DNA from: Eledone cirrhosa
Lineage: Eukaryota
Assembly (NCBI GenBank): GCA_964016885.1
Contig: OZ024743.1
Coordinates: 338,458,001-338,522,000 of the forward strand
DNA length: 64,000 nucleotides
Reading direction: 5' to 3'
The notes beneath the pieces were generated by a model. It saw only the letters and a program-made list of their open reading frames with translations, did no database searches and was not told the DNA's origin. This document shows, in pieces, positions 28,998 through 40,544 of this stretch; the stretch's first letter is position 1, and every line of letters begins with the position of its first letter. The position numbers were made by a program, and so were the translations under genes.

Positions 28998-29216
28998 ATA
29001 ATTAAATTGTAAATAACATTGTACATGTGGAAATGACGGAGTATCTAGTAAAAAAAAGAGATATCTAATTTAATAATTCCTTGGTTTTATATGTGTATAT
29101 GTGGAGACACCTGAATTTGCAGGTTTTCCTTTCTCTTCGTAAACTTTAATCTGGTAGCTCCCCCTCCTCTTCCTTCTTCTTCTTCTTCTTCCCCACCTTC
29201 CATAACAATAACAAAA

Positions 29217-29355
29217 GGCAGCTAATTGCCAGAATCATTAGAACGTTTGATAGAAATCTTGGCGGTTTCGTTGCGTGTCTCTGCATTTTGAGTTCAAATC
29301 CCGCCAAGGTCAACTTCGCCTTTCACCCTCTCGAGGTCGATAAATGAAGTATCAA
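29217..29355 (+). mobile_element. SINE family 1
   Basis: ggcagctaattgccagaatcattaga...gagttcaaatcccgccaaggtcaacttcgcctttcaccctctcgaggtcgataaatgaagta. Confidence 0.8.
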
Positions 29356-30258
29356 TATATTTGTGTATGTGTTGGACCTTCGTGGGTTCCGGTGAGTGTT
29401 CCAGCTTTTTGAATAACGGAGCAGCTTGTTCATGAAATTAACGTGCAAGGGGTTGATCATTCGAGACACGTGTACACTTTATGTAGTTCTCAGGGAGATT
29501 CAGTGTGAGAGTGTATAACAAAGCTGACCCTTTGAATTAGAGGTACAACTAAATTGTGTCAGTGGAGCAAAGTGAAGTTAAGTGTCTTGCTCAAGATCAT
29601 AATGCACTACTGGGAATCAAATCACGACCTTGAATTAAATATATATGTACATATGTATGTATGTGTGCGTGCGTCTGTGTCCCTGTGTGTCTCTCTGTGT
29701 GTGCATTTATATATGTGTGTGTGTATATCTATGTGTACACACATACATATATACATACATATACGTGTGTGTGTGTGTGTGTGTGTGTGTGTCTGTGCGT
29801 GCATGTATACATGTGTATTTGTGTGCATGTGTTTATATTTTGTGTGTGTACGCATGTACGTAAACGTATGTGTCTGTGCATACGTGTTTGTGTGTGTATA
29901 CGTGTGTGTGAGTGCGTGTATACGTGTGTGTGTGTGCGTATGTATATGTATGTCCGGGTGTGTTTATGTATGTAAACTATTTGGTTGCTTCAATTGGTGA
30001 TCCAGCTTTTAGCCTGAACTTGATGGTGGATTTTAAGATCGATAAATACGAGGAATAAATAAATAAATATACAGTGCACATGTAATAACCGGGATAATCG
30101 ATATGATTAGCTATAGCATAGCTAGGACCAACCCGCAGCTATTGATTCAGTGTATACTGTGAAAATGATACTTTATCCTCCACTGTACATGTAGATCTGG
30201 TCCACAAATGTTCGTTGGGACAGTTGTAAAAATATTTTGATTTTATCATGCCATGACC

Positions 30259-30348
<90 letters not shown>

Positions 30349-30737
30349 TGTGTACATGTGTGTGTATGTATGAGCTTGTGTGTATGTATATATATATATA
30401 TATATATATACGATCTTGTGTGTATGTATATATATATATATATATACATACATACATATCATCATCATCATTTTACGTCCACTTTTCCCTGCTTGCAAGG
30501 GTGGGACGGGAACTGATTCTGGCTTGATTTCTACAGCTGGATGCCCTTCCTAACACCAACCTCATTTACAGTGTGGGCTGGGTGCTTTTTTGCCGTGGCA
30601 CCTCCACGACTACTTTACAGTGGAATGATATGGACTCCATCCCTATCATTTCATTTCTACAGCTGAGTAAACTGGAGCAATGTGAAATAAAATGTCTTGC
30701 TCAAGGAAACAACACATCACCCGGTCTGAGAATTGAA

Positions 30738-30777
<40 letters not shown>

Positions 30778-30784
30778 AATTTTG

Positions 30785-30850
30785 TATTTTATCTGATGAC
30801 AGCGCACCAAAATTTGCCTTGGTTGCCCTTGAAATATATATAATAAAATA
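30785..30850 (+). ncRNA. Type I hammerhead ribozyme motif (imperfect stem II)
   Basis: Stem I tattttat/ataaaata (8 bp), core CTGATGA (30793-30799), stem II ...gcaccaa/ttggttgc..., GAAA (30831-30834), palindromic atatatat stem III, AUA cleavage triplet ending at 30842. Confidence 0.75.
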
Positions 30851-31065
30851 ATTATGGTTTGATAAATATAGTTTCCATTTATTAATATAAATGTATATAT
30901 ATACAGTATTTACGTATCGAGAAAGAGAAAAAAAGAGGAGGATAGGTGATACATATAGTTATTTGCCAAGTAGCGTATGCCAAAGGTGCTCGATACTAGT
31001 GCCGGCAGTATTAAATATTCGAAGTGTTAATATTTAGTGGGCTAGAGAGTTAGCAGAGCGTAAGC

Positions 31066-31378
31066 ACGTGGGAAAGTAAAAAATCGGAGAATAGACCGTT
31101 AAAACATGTTTATTTAAAACAGCACCTACGTACGTTTCGCCCAGTTGGGCTTCTCAAGGGCATAAATAATCAAAAGTGTTCCTTATATTGCTCGGAAAGA
31201 GTTTTGGGGGTTAAATTGAAACAAAATAAATTTAACCCCAAAAACTCTTTCCGAGCAATATAAGGAACACTTTTGATTATTTATGCCCTTGAGAAGCCCA
31301 ACTGGGCGAAACGTACGTAGGTGGTGTTTTAAATAAACATGTTTTAACGGTCTATTCTCCGATTTTTTACTTTCCCAC

Positions 31379-31380
<2 letters not shown>
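31066..31380. repeat. Long inverted repeat (152-bp arms, 11-nt loop) carrying a hammerhead in each arm; Penelope pseudo-LTR-like
   Basis: 31066-31217 is the reverse complement of 31229-31380, with two mismatches seen. It is followed directly by (TA)n. Confidence 0.93.
31285..31324 (+). ncRNA. Minimal hammerhead ribozyme, U3-A8 core variant (mirror copy on - strand at 31122-31161)
   Basis: gccc-TTGAGAA-gccc aact gggc-GAAA-c gtac g-TA-gg. Stem II is 4 bp, stem III is palindromic (acgtacgt), the triplet is GUA, and stem I is short. Confidence 0.65.
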
Positions 31381-31434
<54 letters not shown>

Positions 31435-31701
31435 TTAAAAGTAAGATGAGGTATGTAATTAAAATAAATACATCAAATAGTTGCAATTGTGATATTCTGA
31501 TATTCTCAGACATGACATCCTTAATCTAATTTTTGATATATATATATATATATTTTATTTATTTACTGTTTCTTCATAGGTGCCTTTTAATCTTATAGCC
31601 TGGTCTAATTGATTTTTTGTGTGGTTAATTATGATAATTGGGTGAAGAAATGATGTATATATATTATCAAATGATTCTATGGACATGCTTTACTTTATAG
31701 T

Positions 31702-31776
<75 letters not shown>

Positions 31777-31880
31777 ACAAAGGAATTGTGGTAAGGAACC
31801 AGATGGACCATAACGCACCATAACTGTCCAGAAATAGCCGTCGAAACGGCTTGAGCTCTGCCGTCGGGGTCATACTTTTT

Positions 31881-31932
<52 letters not shown>

Positions 31933-31936
<4 letters not shown>

Positions 31937-32125
31937 GGTGGGCTGAAATGTTCATAGGCTGACTATGAAGGATTGATAGCTGTGAAATCTTGCCCGCATT
32001 AATTTCAACTCTTCTTATTAATAACTGCATTGTTTTTTTCTATGGACTATATTAAAAAATAAACTCCATTTGGTCATTCCATGAGAGTATCTTGGTCAGC
32101 CCATGAACTATTCAGCCGACTATCG
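31933..32125. mobile_element. Mariner-type MITE
   Basis: Imperfect ~30-bp TIRs (tgagggtgggctgaaatgttcataggctgac ... gtcagcccatgaactattcagccgactatcg), TA on both sides, no coding capacity. Confidence 0.85.
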
Positions 32126-32137
32126 TATGTATATGTA

Positions 32138-32174
<37 letters not shown>

Positions 32175-32246
32175 TATATTATGAGAATAAACTCTCAGTC
32201 GTTTACAATAATTAAGCTCCAGGAAGGGGCTCTTCCGAGCAGTTAA

Positions 32247-32843
32247 ATACATTTAAAGTATATGATAAACACGAAATGTGTTTACATTGCAACAGACAAA
32301 GTTAGCTATTAATGAAATAAACTAATAAAAGTGAATACAATTTGTCTGTCTCGATACAAGTCAATAAAGACAAGGTTATATTGGCAACTGCCATGATTCC
32401 TGGACATATTTAAATTTCAAAATTCAAACCTGTTCTGTAGACGAATTTGAACCTCGAAACCCAAATAAGTTTCGCAATGGTGGAATGTGAATTGAAAAAT
32501 AAAGCGAATCGAAATGGAATAGAAATAAAAGAGTGAAATATCCAAACCATCTGTGCATATCAACAGGAATCCAGTAAGATTAGTCTATCACACATCAAAA
32601 ATTCACATTCCACCATTGCGAAACTTATTTGGGTTTCGAGGTTCAAATTCGTCTACAGAACAGGTTTGAATTTTGAAATTTAAATATGTCCAGGAATCAT
32701 GGCAGTTGCCAATATAACCTTGTCTTTATTGACTTGTATCGAGACAGACAAATTGTATTCACTTTTATTAGTTTATTTCATTAATAGCTAACTTTGTCTG
32801 TTGCAATGTAAACACATTTCGTGTTTATCATATACTTTAAATG

Positions 32844-32846
<3 letters not shown>
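32247..32846. repeat. Inverted repeat with 247-bp arms and 106-bp spacer
   Basis: 32247-32493 is the reverse complement of 32600-32846 with no mismatch seen by eye. The right arm runs into (TA)n. Confidence 0.95.
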
Positions 32847-32933
<87 letters not shown>

Positions 32934-33123
32934 AATAGTGAAGAATAACATGGTCGGCTGTACAAAAAGGGTTCTATTTACAGTATTAACAATTGTTTCA
33001 TTCACTAGGTGAGTTTAAAGGCCGCTAATCACTCCAAGTTACGTCACTCGACCTTAAAGACAGTGTGTGTCTCTGATCAAATCATCGGAATACTGGAATT
33101 ACCTAAAACTATAACTTGTTATC

Positions 33124-33237
<114 letters not shown>

Positions 33238-33272
33238 TTATGTGTGAGTATGTATGTGCTTGTGTGTGTATA

Positions 33273-33393
33273 CGAGAGTTGGTTTTTAATAACTGCATTG
33301 TTTTTTTCCATGGACTATGTTGGAAAAAAAACTTCATTTGCTCATTCCATGAGAGTATCTTGGTCAGCTTATGAAATGTTCACCCGATCCTCG
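33273..33393. mobile_element. Mariner-type MITE, internally deleted copy
   Basis: Shares aataactgcattgtttttt...cattccatgagagtatcttggtcagc... with 31933-32125; TA flanks. Confidence 0.8.
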
Positions 33394-33904
33394 TACATAC
33401 ATTAACAGTACTGAACTGATACCTTTTTTTATAGACCACGAAAGGTTGAAAGGCAAAGTTGACCTCGCTGGATTTTGAACTCCAAGTACAGAAAGCCAGA
33501 ATAAAGAATTCTATCAAATTAACGTGTACTCTTAACATTATTCCAAAACGGAATCTGCGTGGCATAATATGCGAAATACCGGACCATTCATTACATTACT
33601 GGTACAGTCCATCCGACAAGTGTCCACATTATTTTTGTCTACCCAATTTCACTTAGATAGTTTGGGGTGACAGTTACCAGGATGTCATGCAGTGGGATTG
33701 AACCTGCGAATTTGTGATTGTGAAGAGAACTTCTTAAACAATCAACTAGGTCTGCATTTACAATTACATTATGGGTACACGTGTCTGTGACATGATCAGT
33801 CACTTGTACATTAATTTCATAGGGAGGCCAAACAACCAAAAAACTCGTCGCCCTGACCCGACGGAGGTCTAACACACATTATATCTCAATACTCTTTTCG
33901 CTTA

Positions 33905-34230
33905 GGCGTCAAATTGGTAGAGTGGTTAAAACGGCAGATAGAATGTTTTGCGGTGTTCATTACAGTTCTCTCTGCTCTCTGAGTTCAAATCCCACCGAAG
34001 TCAACTTTGCCTTTCATCCTTTCGAGGTCGATAAAAAAACATACCAATTCAGTGCTGGAGTCGATCCTTCTTCTTCTTCTTCTTCTTCTTCTTCTTCTTC
34101 TTCTTCTCTCTCTCTCTCTCACAGTCTCGCTCCTTCTCTGTAAGGAACCGACTATGTTCAGCCCTGGAAAGGTGACAAAGACATGCCGTATGTCACAACG
34201 GTGCTTTTTCGACTCCACCGGGAGTTATGC
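33905..34230 (+). mobile_element. SINE family 1 with CT-rich linker and 3' extension
   Basis: gagttcaaatcccaccgaagtcaactttgcctttcatcctttcgaggtcgataaaa body, (CTT)n/(CT)n, then an extension related to 36985-37100. Confidence 0.75.
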
Positions 34231-35184
34231 GCCCAAAGAATAAAATTCTTACAGAAAGCTACGTTATGGGTACACGTGTTTGTGGAATGCTCAGTCTGTT
34301 ATACGTTAGTTTCACAAGCAGGCGGCTCTGTTGATCAAACAACCTCAACAGTCATGGTCGGAAGCGACGGTGAACCAACACATTTTTTCTCAATAATGAG
34401 GTGGTGGAGAATAAGCGGGAGGCGGGTTGAAATAAGGGAGGTGGGGTGGAAAATCGGTAATTTTTCTAGATTGTCTCCCTTGATTTAAAAAAACACACAC
34501 AATTAGTCGTTTAGTTTACATATTGAGACCAACCCATCCTATTTATTTTATATGGGATTTCTAGTAATGTACTTTTTTTTTTGTCATGTATAATTTTTTT
34601 AATGTATAAAGAAAATTAATTGTCGCAGGAATGCTACCACTTAAGATAAAATTTCGCCGGAGATAGATGAGTAAAATTTAATAAGTGGGGAGGAGCATAA
34701 AAGTGAGGGAGGAGGTTGGAAAAAATCTGAAAAATTAATAAGCGAGTATTTGAGATTAGAGTGTAAAGATACAATTTCTTCTATTTATTTCACTTCAAGT
34801 AGTTGTAACGTTCTTTATGCTGACAACCGTCAACCAGCAATTAACTTTTTTTCCTGTTGATTATATTTATCATAGAAGTAATTACTGGTATGACCACTGT
34901 TGATATATCTATTATTTTGTGCCAGAAAGTAGATTGCTCAACCTGCTAAGAATAGTAGCTAAAATTTCCTTAAAATCATGGATCGACAATGAGAAACAAA
35001 ACATGTATGTGGTCATTATATCTGCTAGAAATAGTAACCAAAATCGCTCTCTTAAATCACGAGCCAGTAAATGAGCCTCTAAGTGGATCACTCGAATTGC
35101 TAAAAATAGTGACCAAATATCATGAAAGTCAAGAGCTAACAAAGGAACCTCGTCGTGAACACTCGATCTGCTAGAAATAGAAGC

Positions 35185-35625
35185 TTCTTTTTTTTCGCCC
35201 ACTTATTCCTTAGAGGGTCGTGGAGGCAGAGTCCTAAAACTCCCACCAGCGGGTCCTGTCAGAAGCAACCGTCTCCAATTGATCCGGCTGCATCCCCAAG
35301 CATAACCAGCCAAGCTAATGGATGTTATCCAACCATCTTGCTCGGGGTCTACCCCTGGGTCTCCTGCCGGTTGGTTTTGTCCGTAAAATCTGCCCACCGA
35401 TTCTTTCCTGTGACATTCTAACCACATGTATCTAGTATCGGAGCTGTGGTTTCTCAATTCGGAGAAGTGGCGGCTCTAATTGGAGTGCCTCTCTGATTTC
35501 TGAGCTACGCACTCCATCGAGTAACGTTACTCCAAAGACTCTTCGGAGGAATCCCATTTCGATCGCTTGTATTCGAGATCGTATTCTTTCGATCATTACT
35601 CAAGATTCATGACCATAGGTAAGCC
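35185..35625 (-). mobile_element. 3' fragment of an RTE-clade (Rex3/Expander-like) LINE, pseudogenised
   Basis: Minus-strand translation across stops: LTYGHES*VMIERIRSRIQAIEMGFLRRVFGVTLLDGVRSSEIREALQLEP...RMSQER...PTGRRPRGRPRARWLDNI...LETVASDRTRW, the typical RTE ORF C-terminus, followed by an A-rich tail. Confidence 0.88.
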
Positions 35626-36458
35626 TTAACACACATTCCGAATTGAAAATAGCGAGTTTGGCTTTTACACCTACCTCGCTTCTTCTGATTAGCGAATGCT
35701 GAAGCTGGGGCATTACTGCACAAAATATAAGTCAACAAAGGAGCTACTAAATATAATGATTTAATAGAAACTATTAAAGATCTGGTATGTTAATTCAAAT
35801 GTTTATGGTATCAATACTAATGGATAGATCGTAGTGAAAATGTGTAGTATTAGTGTATGCATGACATATTCCCTTAACTTCCCCCGGGGAGTCGTAGGAG
35901 CGCCGTACGGCGTTTCTAAGAACTTTTTAAAACCTGGCGTAGCCCGTCCCCTTCCCAGGTCTGAATACAGCAGATGTTTTCCATTGAAGGATAGAAAGAG
36001 TGAGAGAATGGATATGTGAAAGAGATAGAGGAAGAATCGACCCCAGTACTAGACTTTGTATGGATGAAAGGCAATGTTGACTTCGTGTATAAGATTACAG
36101 ACTTTAAATTTTAATGTGATGCGTTCATAGTGTTGTTCTGTACTTTTTAAGAATGTCTTGATCTTGCGGTTTCATGTGGTACAGGACGTTAAAAGTTAAA
36201 GGAACTTTGTAAATAATTTTTTAATATCAACATCACTGTGTTGTGTGTGAAGCTGTACACCGTTAAAGTCTTTTGTGCAAGAAATATAACTGATTAAATG
36301 AAAACTTATAAGAGATGAAGTAATGAAACCATGCATATTCGTCTATGTTCATATTTGTGTATGCGTGTGAGTGTACATATGGGTGTGTACATATGTGTGT
36401 ATATATATGTGTGTGTATGTGAGTATGCACGTACATGTATGTGTACGTGACGTTTAAA

Positions 36459-36657
36459 CGAGGGTAGGCTGAAAAGTTCATAGGCTGTCTATGAAGGAAT
36501 GATGCTAGAGCTGTGAAATCTTGCATGCATTAATTTCAACTCTCCTTATTAATAACTACATTATCTCTTTCCAGGGACTATGTTGAAAAATTAGCCTCAT
36601 TTGGTCATTCCATGAGAGTAACTTGGTCAGTCTATGAACTTATTCAGCCGACAGTCG
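36459..36657. mobile_element. Mariner-type MITE (third copy)
   Basis: TIRs cgagggtaggctgaaaagttcataggctg ... cagtctatgaacttattcagccgacagtcg, with the same internal sequence as 31933-32125. Confidence 0.85.
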
Positions 36658-36799
36658 TATTTATATTTCTTGGTTATAATGAAGCTTTATAATAAGGTGG
36701 TCCATTGCATATTTGTTCCGGGTCTGTGCGTTCTGAATACAAATCTTGTCTAGTTTACTTTGACTTTCATCATTTTAAGGGTCGATAAAGAAAGTACTG

Positions 36800-37100
36800 A
36801 CGGCAAATCGGCAGAGTCGTTAGAATGTCGGGTAGAATGCTTTGTGTTATTCGTTCTAGCTTTCTACCCCATGAGTTCAAATCCCACTGAGGTCTACTTT
36901 GCTTTTCATCCTTTCGAGGTCAATAAAAAAGTACAAGTCCTGTACTGGAGTCCATTCTTCCTCACTTCCCTTTTCTCCCTTTCTATTCTTTCCTTCTCTG
37001 GAAAAAAAATCTGCTGTACTCAGGCCTGGGGGGGATGGGCTTCCCCACGTTTAAAATGCCCAAAGAAACACCGTAAGTCAACACGGCGCCCCTAGGACTC
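36800..37100 (+). mobile_element. SINE family 1 with 3' extension
   Basis: ggcaaatcggcagagtcgttaga head, gagttcaaatccc B box, body, then ttccttctctggaaaaaaaatctgctgtactcaggcctggg...cggcgcccctagg. Confidence 0.75.
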
Positions 37101-37237
37101 CATCAGGAGTCACATGACCATACTAAAGAAAGTATTAGTGCAGTGTTGGAGTAGCCCTCTTTCCTTCCAGGTGGGTGTTCTGAGGTTCGAGAGTGTCAGT
37201 GTCTGTTCGCGACTGTATGGTATGGACCCGTAACACC

Positions 37238-37530
37238 GTAGGGGCACCATATTGACATACGGCTTTTCGAGGGCATTTTTAAAACCTGGCGGGGCCCATC
37301 TCCTCTCCAGGACTGAATATAGTAGATTTCTTCCAGAGAAGGATAAAGTGAGAGAAAGGAATATAGAGGAAGAATTAGCCCCAGTACTTAACTGGTACTT
37401 TTTTTTATTAACCATTAATGGATGAAAGGTAAAGTTGACCTAGGTGGGATTTGAACTCAGAGAGCAGAGAACCGGAATGAATACTTCAAAGTATTCTATA
37501 TGACGTTCAAACGACTCTGCCAATTCTCCC
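37238..37530 (-). mobile_element. SINE family 1 with 3' extension, opposite orientation
   Basis: Reverse complement of the same head, B box (gggatttgaactc at ~37447-37459) and extension. Confidence 0.75.
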
Positions 37531-37807
37531 CCTATACTCGCGACTGTATGAGCACTTAAACCCCTTAGCGAAAGCATGGTACATACTACCAAATCATACT
37601 TGATTGCGAATGACGACTATAGTTTAGTAAAGCTACAGTTGATGTCTGTGTAAAGTACAAGTTTATATCAACCATAATAATACGCCATGTATGTCCTATC
37701 TTAATCATGTTGCTAGAATAAGAAGTCACAAATCGTTAGTTCTAACCCTACATTTGTCCCAGTAAATAGTTATTTCTCTAAAGTTACTCATACATTTAAT
37801 CTTGTAT

Positions 37808-38003
37808 CAGACCTGTCAACTCTCCCTGTCCGACGGGGAGATCTCCCAGCCACTTTGGGGTGGGTGAGAGATGTTTTCTCTTGTGACAATGGGTATAGCT
37901 TTCATTATGTAAAATCTCCTTGTTTTGCCTCATTTTTCCCTGTTCTGGGGCACTTTTTTTCATGGTACTTCCCGTTTAGGTGTCTTTGAGGTTGGCAGGT
38001 CCG
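37808..38003. mobile_element. Small TIR element (MITE)
   Basis: Ends cagacctgtcaac ... gttggcaggtccg form an imperfect inverted repeat; the TSD is unclear. Confidence 0.55.
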
Positions 38004-38322
38004 GTGTATGTATATACGCAATGCATATCTTAATTATGTTTCGACAATAAGAAGTTCGCTTTCCAGCCACAAAATCTTGGTTCTTAACCTTAGATTTGTC
38101 CCAGTAAATAGTTATTACTCATACATTTAATCCTGTATCTCATTTGTGGTCATTTGTATAATATATCCCAGAAATACCTTAAAATATATTTCTTATCTTT
38201 AATCACTTCCACGTGTCAGTAATCAACATAAACTAAAAGGTTTCTCTTATCAAACCATTGATTTAACAAAATGCAAATTTCCAGCTTCGTATGATTGTTC
38301 ATATATCCAGTAATTCACCCAT

Positions 38323-39066
38323 TCCCTTCGCATGGCTTCCTGCTTCATCCAGCGTGGATATCCCCCCACCCTGATCCAAACTGCTCTCACACGCGCCCGT
38401 GAAACAGACCGCACTACAGCCCTCTCACCTCACCCCCGCCCTCCCAACACCCGTGTTCATTTCCCTCTCACCTACCACCCCATCACCCTACCACTCCGGT
38501 GACATATCCTCCGCTCCTTCCGTATCCTCTCTTCTGACTCCGTCACTTCTCGCTTTTTTCCAAACCCACCCATTACTGCTTTTAAGCGCGCCCGAAACCT
38601 CCGCGACCTCCTGGTTCGCAGTTCTATTTCGGCCTGTCCCACGACTCCATCCGGCTCTCATCCTTGTTCCCGTTCCCGCTGCAACACTTGTCCCTTTATT
38701 TCCACCCTCACCACTTTTGCAGGCCCTAACGAGTCTTTCTGTATCCGCCATTCCTTTACCTGCACATCCACCCACGTTGTCTATGCCCTCCGGTGTTCCC
38801 TTTGCGGGTCTTTATATATCAGACAAACGGGACGCCCTATGGCGGACCGTTTTGCCGAGCATTTGAGGGACATACGACTCGGTTTGGATACTCCTGTCGC
38901 CCGGCATTTCTGTTCTCCTGGTCATTCTTCCCTACATGTTTAAGTCCTGGGTGTCCTTTTACATCATGGATCACAGGCCTCGCGCACCAGGACTGAACAA
39001 AGTCTGATTCACCGTCTTGGGTCCTATTCCCCTCTTGGACTCAACTCACCTCCCCAATTTCTCTAA
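38323..39066 (+). pseudogene. Penelope-like element ORF 3' part (RT thumb, Cys linker, GIY-YIG endonuclease), probably Neptune-type; 5'-truncated
   Basis: Single frame, not in the ORF track: FIQRGYP...PLTYHP...FPNPPITAFKRARNLRDLLVRS...PCSRSRCNTCPFI...FTCTSTHVVYALRCSLCGSLYIRQTGR..DRFAEH...PVARHF...EQSLIHRLGSYSPLGLN. In-frame stops at 38500 and 38941, and YIG has become YIR. Confidence 0.93.
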
Positions 39067-39499
39067 TACTCCACCCATTATCACACCCCTAGATTCCTAT
39101 CGCTTTCTCTTGATCATTAGCAGCTTCTCTTACTACTAATACATGCCTAACATACTTTTGCGCATAGCTTCATACTTACATGCACACACACTCTTTTACT
39201 CACATATACACACACATTTCCTCTTAGCTTCGTACGGAACTATAATAACACACACACACACACAAACTCATGCTTACGCACGTCTCAAGTATAGCTCTTT
39301 TTACAAAACGTTTTTTTTCCATTTCAGGTAGACGCCTGCCATCATCAACTTTTCTAAAAAAACAAATCATACACAAAACGCCAGCACCAACAGTTTTGCA
39401 AGAGATGTCAACATGAATGGACCTGTTATTTTTTTCTAAAGACATTTTTTTCCAATTCCATCCCGCCTGTCCCCTCAATCTATTTTATTTCTTATTCTT

Positions 39500-39535
39500 T
39501 CTTCTGATGAGAGACCAGCGTCCGAAATGTTAAGA
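39500..39535 (+). ncRNA. Minimal hammerhead motif in the Penelope 3' pseudo-LTR
   Basis: tctt-CTGATGA-g(a)gac cagc gtcc-GAAA-tg-TT-aaga. It has a 4-bp stem I and a near-palindromic aatgtt stem III, and lies ~440 bp downstream of the GIY-YIG ORF. Confidence 0.7.
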
Positions 39536-39626
39536 CCCTCTTCCTGCTATATCAAGCGTTAACCTAATATATACCTTCCATATACTGTACCGATTGTGTT
39601 GTTATTTCTGTTTACCTTTTACATAC

Positions 39627-39680
<54 letters not shown>

Positions 39681-39724
39681 GCGTGTGTGTGTGTGTGTGC
39701 GTGTGTGTGGTGTGTGTGTAGTTG

Positions 39725-39810
39725 AAAATGAACACATAAAACACAGGAGGTACACAGTTATATTAGGTTCACGCTTGGTGAAAATGGAGGAGGTTTCGAC
39801 GTTTCGGACA
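39725..39810 (-). mobile_element. Inverted, diverged Penelope pseudo-LTR fragment
   Basis: Minus strand gtccgaaacgtcgaaacctcctcc...caagcgtgaacctaatata resembles plus-strand 39520-39570 gtccgaaatgttaagaccctcttcc...caagcgttaacctaatata. Confidence 0.6.
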
Positions 39811-40132
39811 GAAACGGTATTGGCGTCATTGTTGACGACACGGTACCACTAATCTTTTTATAATTTCCTCCAGACCTCTCACTTGGTTGCCCAAAACATT
39901 CTCAATCCAGCAAGCAAACATCTTTTTTATATATGTCTATTAAAATATTGACAATATTAGGGTGTTTCCTAAAATAACTAACTGCAATATCCCTGTCGTG
40001 GCCTCCCAAGGAGATTGCAACAACAACGGCAAGGAAATCCACACATAAGTATTTATTTTTAGAAAATCTTCAGTTTTTTTTCTCTTTGTTCTACTTCTTC
40101 TCTATTCACTTCAATGAACAGCTCTTCCCCAA

Positions 40133-40385
40133 ATGTGTATGTGTATGTAGATATGTGTGTAGATATGTGTGTAGATATGTGTGTAGATATGTGTGTAGAT
40201 TTGTATGTAGATGTGTATGTAGATATGTATGTAGATATGTATGTAGATGTGTGTGTAGATTTGTATGTAAATGTGTATGAAAGATTTATATGTAGATTTA
40301 TATGTAGATTGTGTGTAGATTTATGAGGATGTGTAGATGTGTGTGTAGATTTGTATGTAGATTTATGCGGATGTGTGGAGATGTG
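40133..40385. repeat. 12-bp tandem repeat (gatatgtgtgta variants)
   Basis: Direct reading; gives the CRYV/VDMC ORFs. Confidence 0.9.
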
Positions 40386-40501
40386 TGTGTGCGTGTGTGT
40401 GTGTACATGTGTGTGTGAAGACAGATAGAAGGATATATTAGATAGAGAGACGGACAGACAGGCAGATAGATAGATTATATTAGATAGATAAACAGACAGG
40501 C

Positions 40502-40543
<42 letters not shown>

Positions 40544-40544
40544 G

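Noticed and set aside
32975-33025. Minus-strand gaaacaattgtta palindrome as a hammerhead
   Set aside because: No recognisable CUGANGA or covariant core upstream of the putative stem II.
38399-38866. 155-aa ORF as a real protein
   Set aside because: Alternative frame overlapping the Penelope ORF. The motif-bearing frame is the one starting at 38323.
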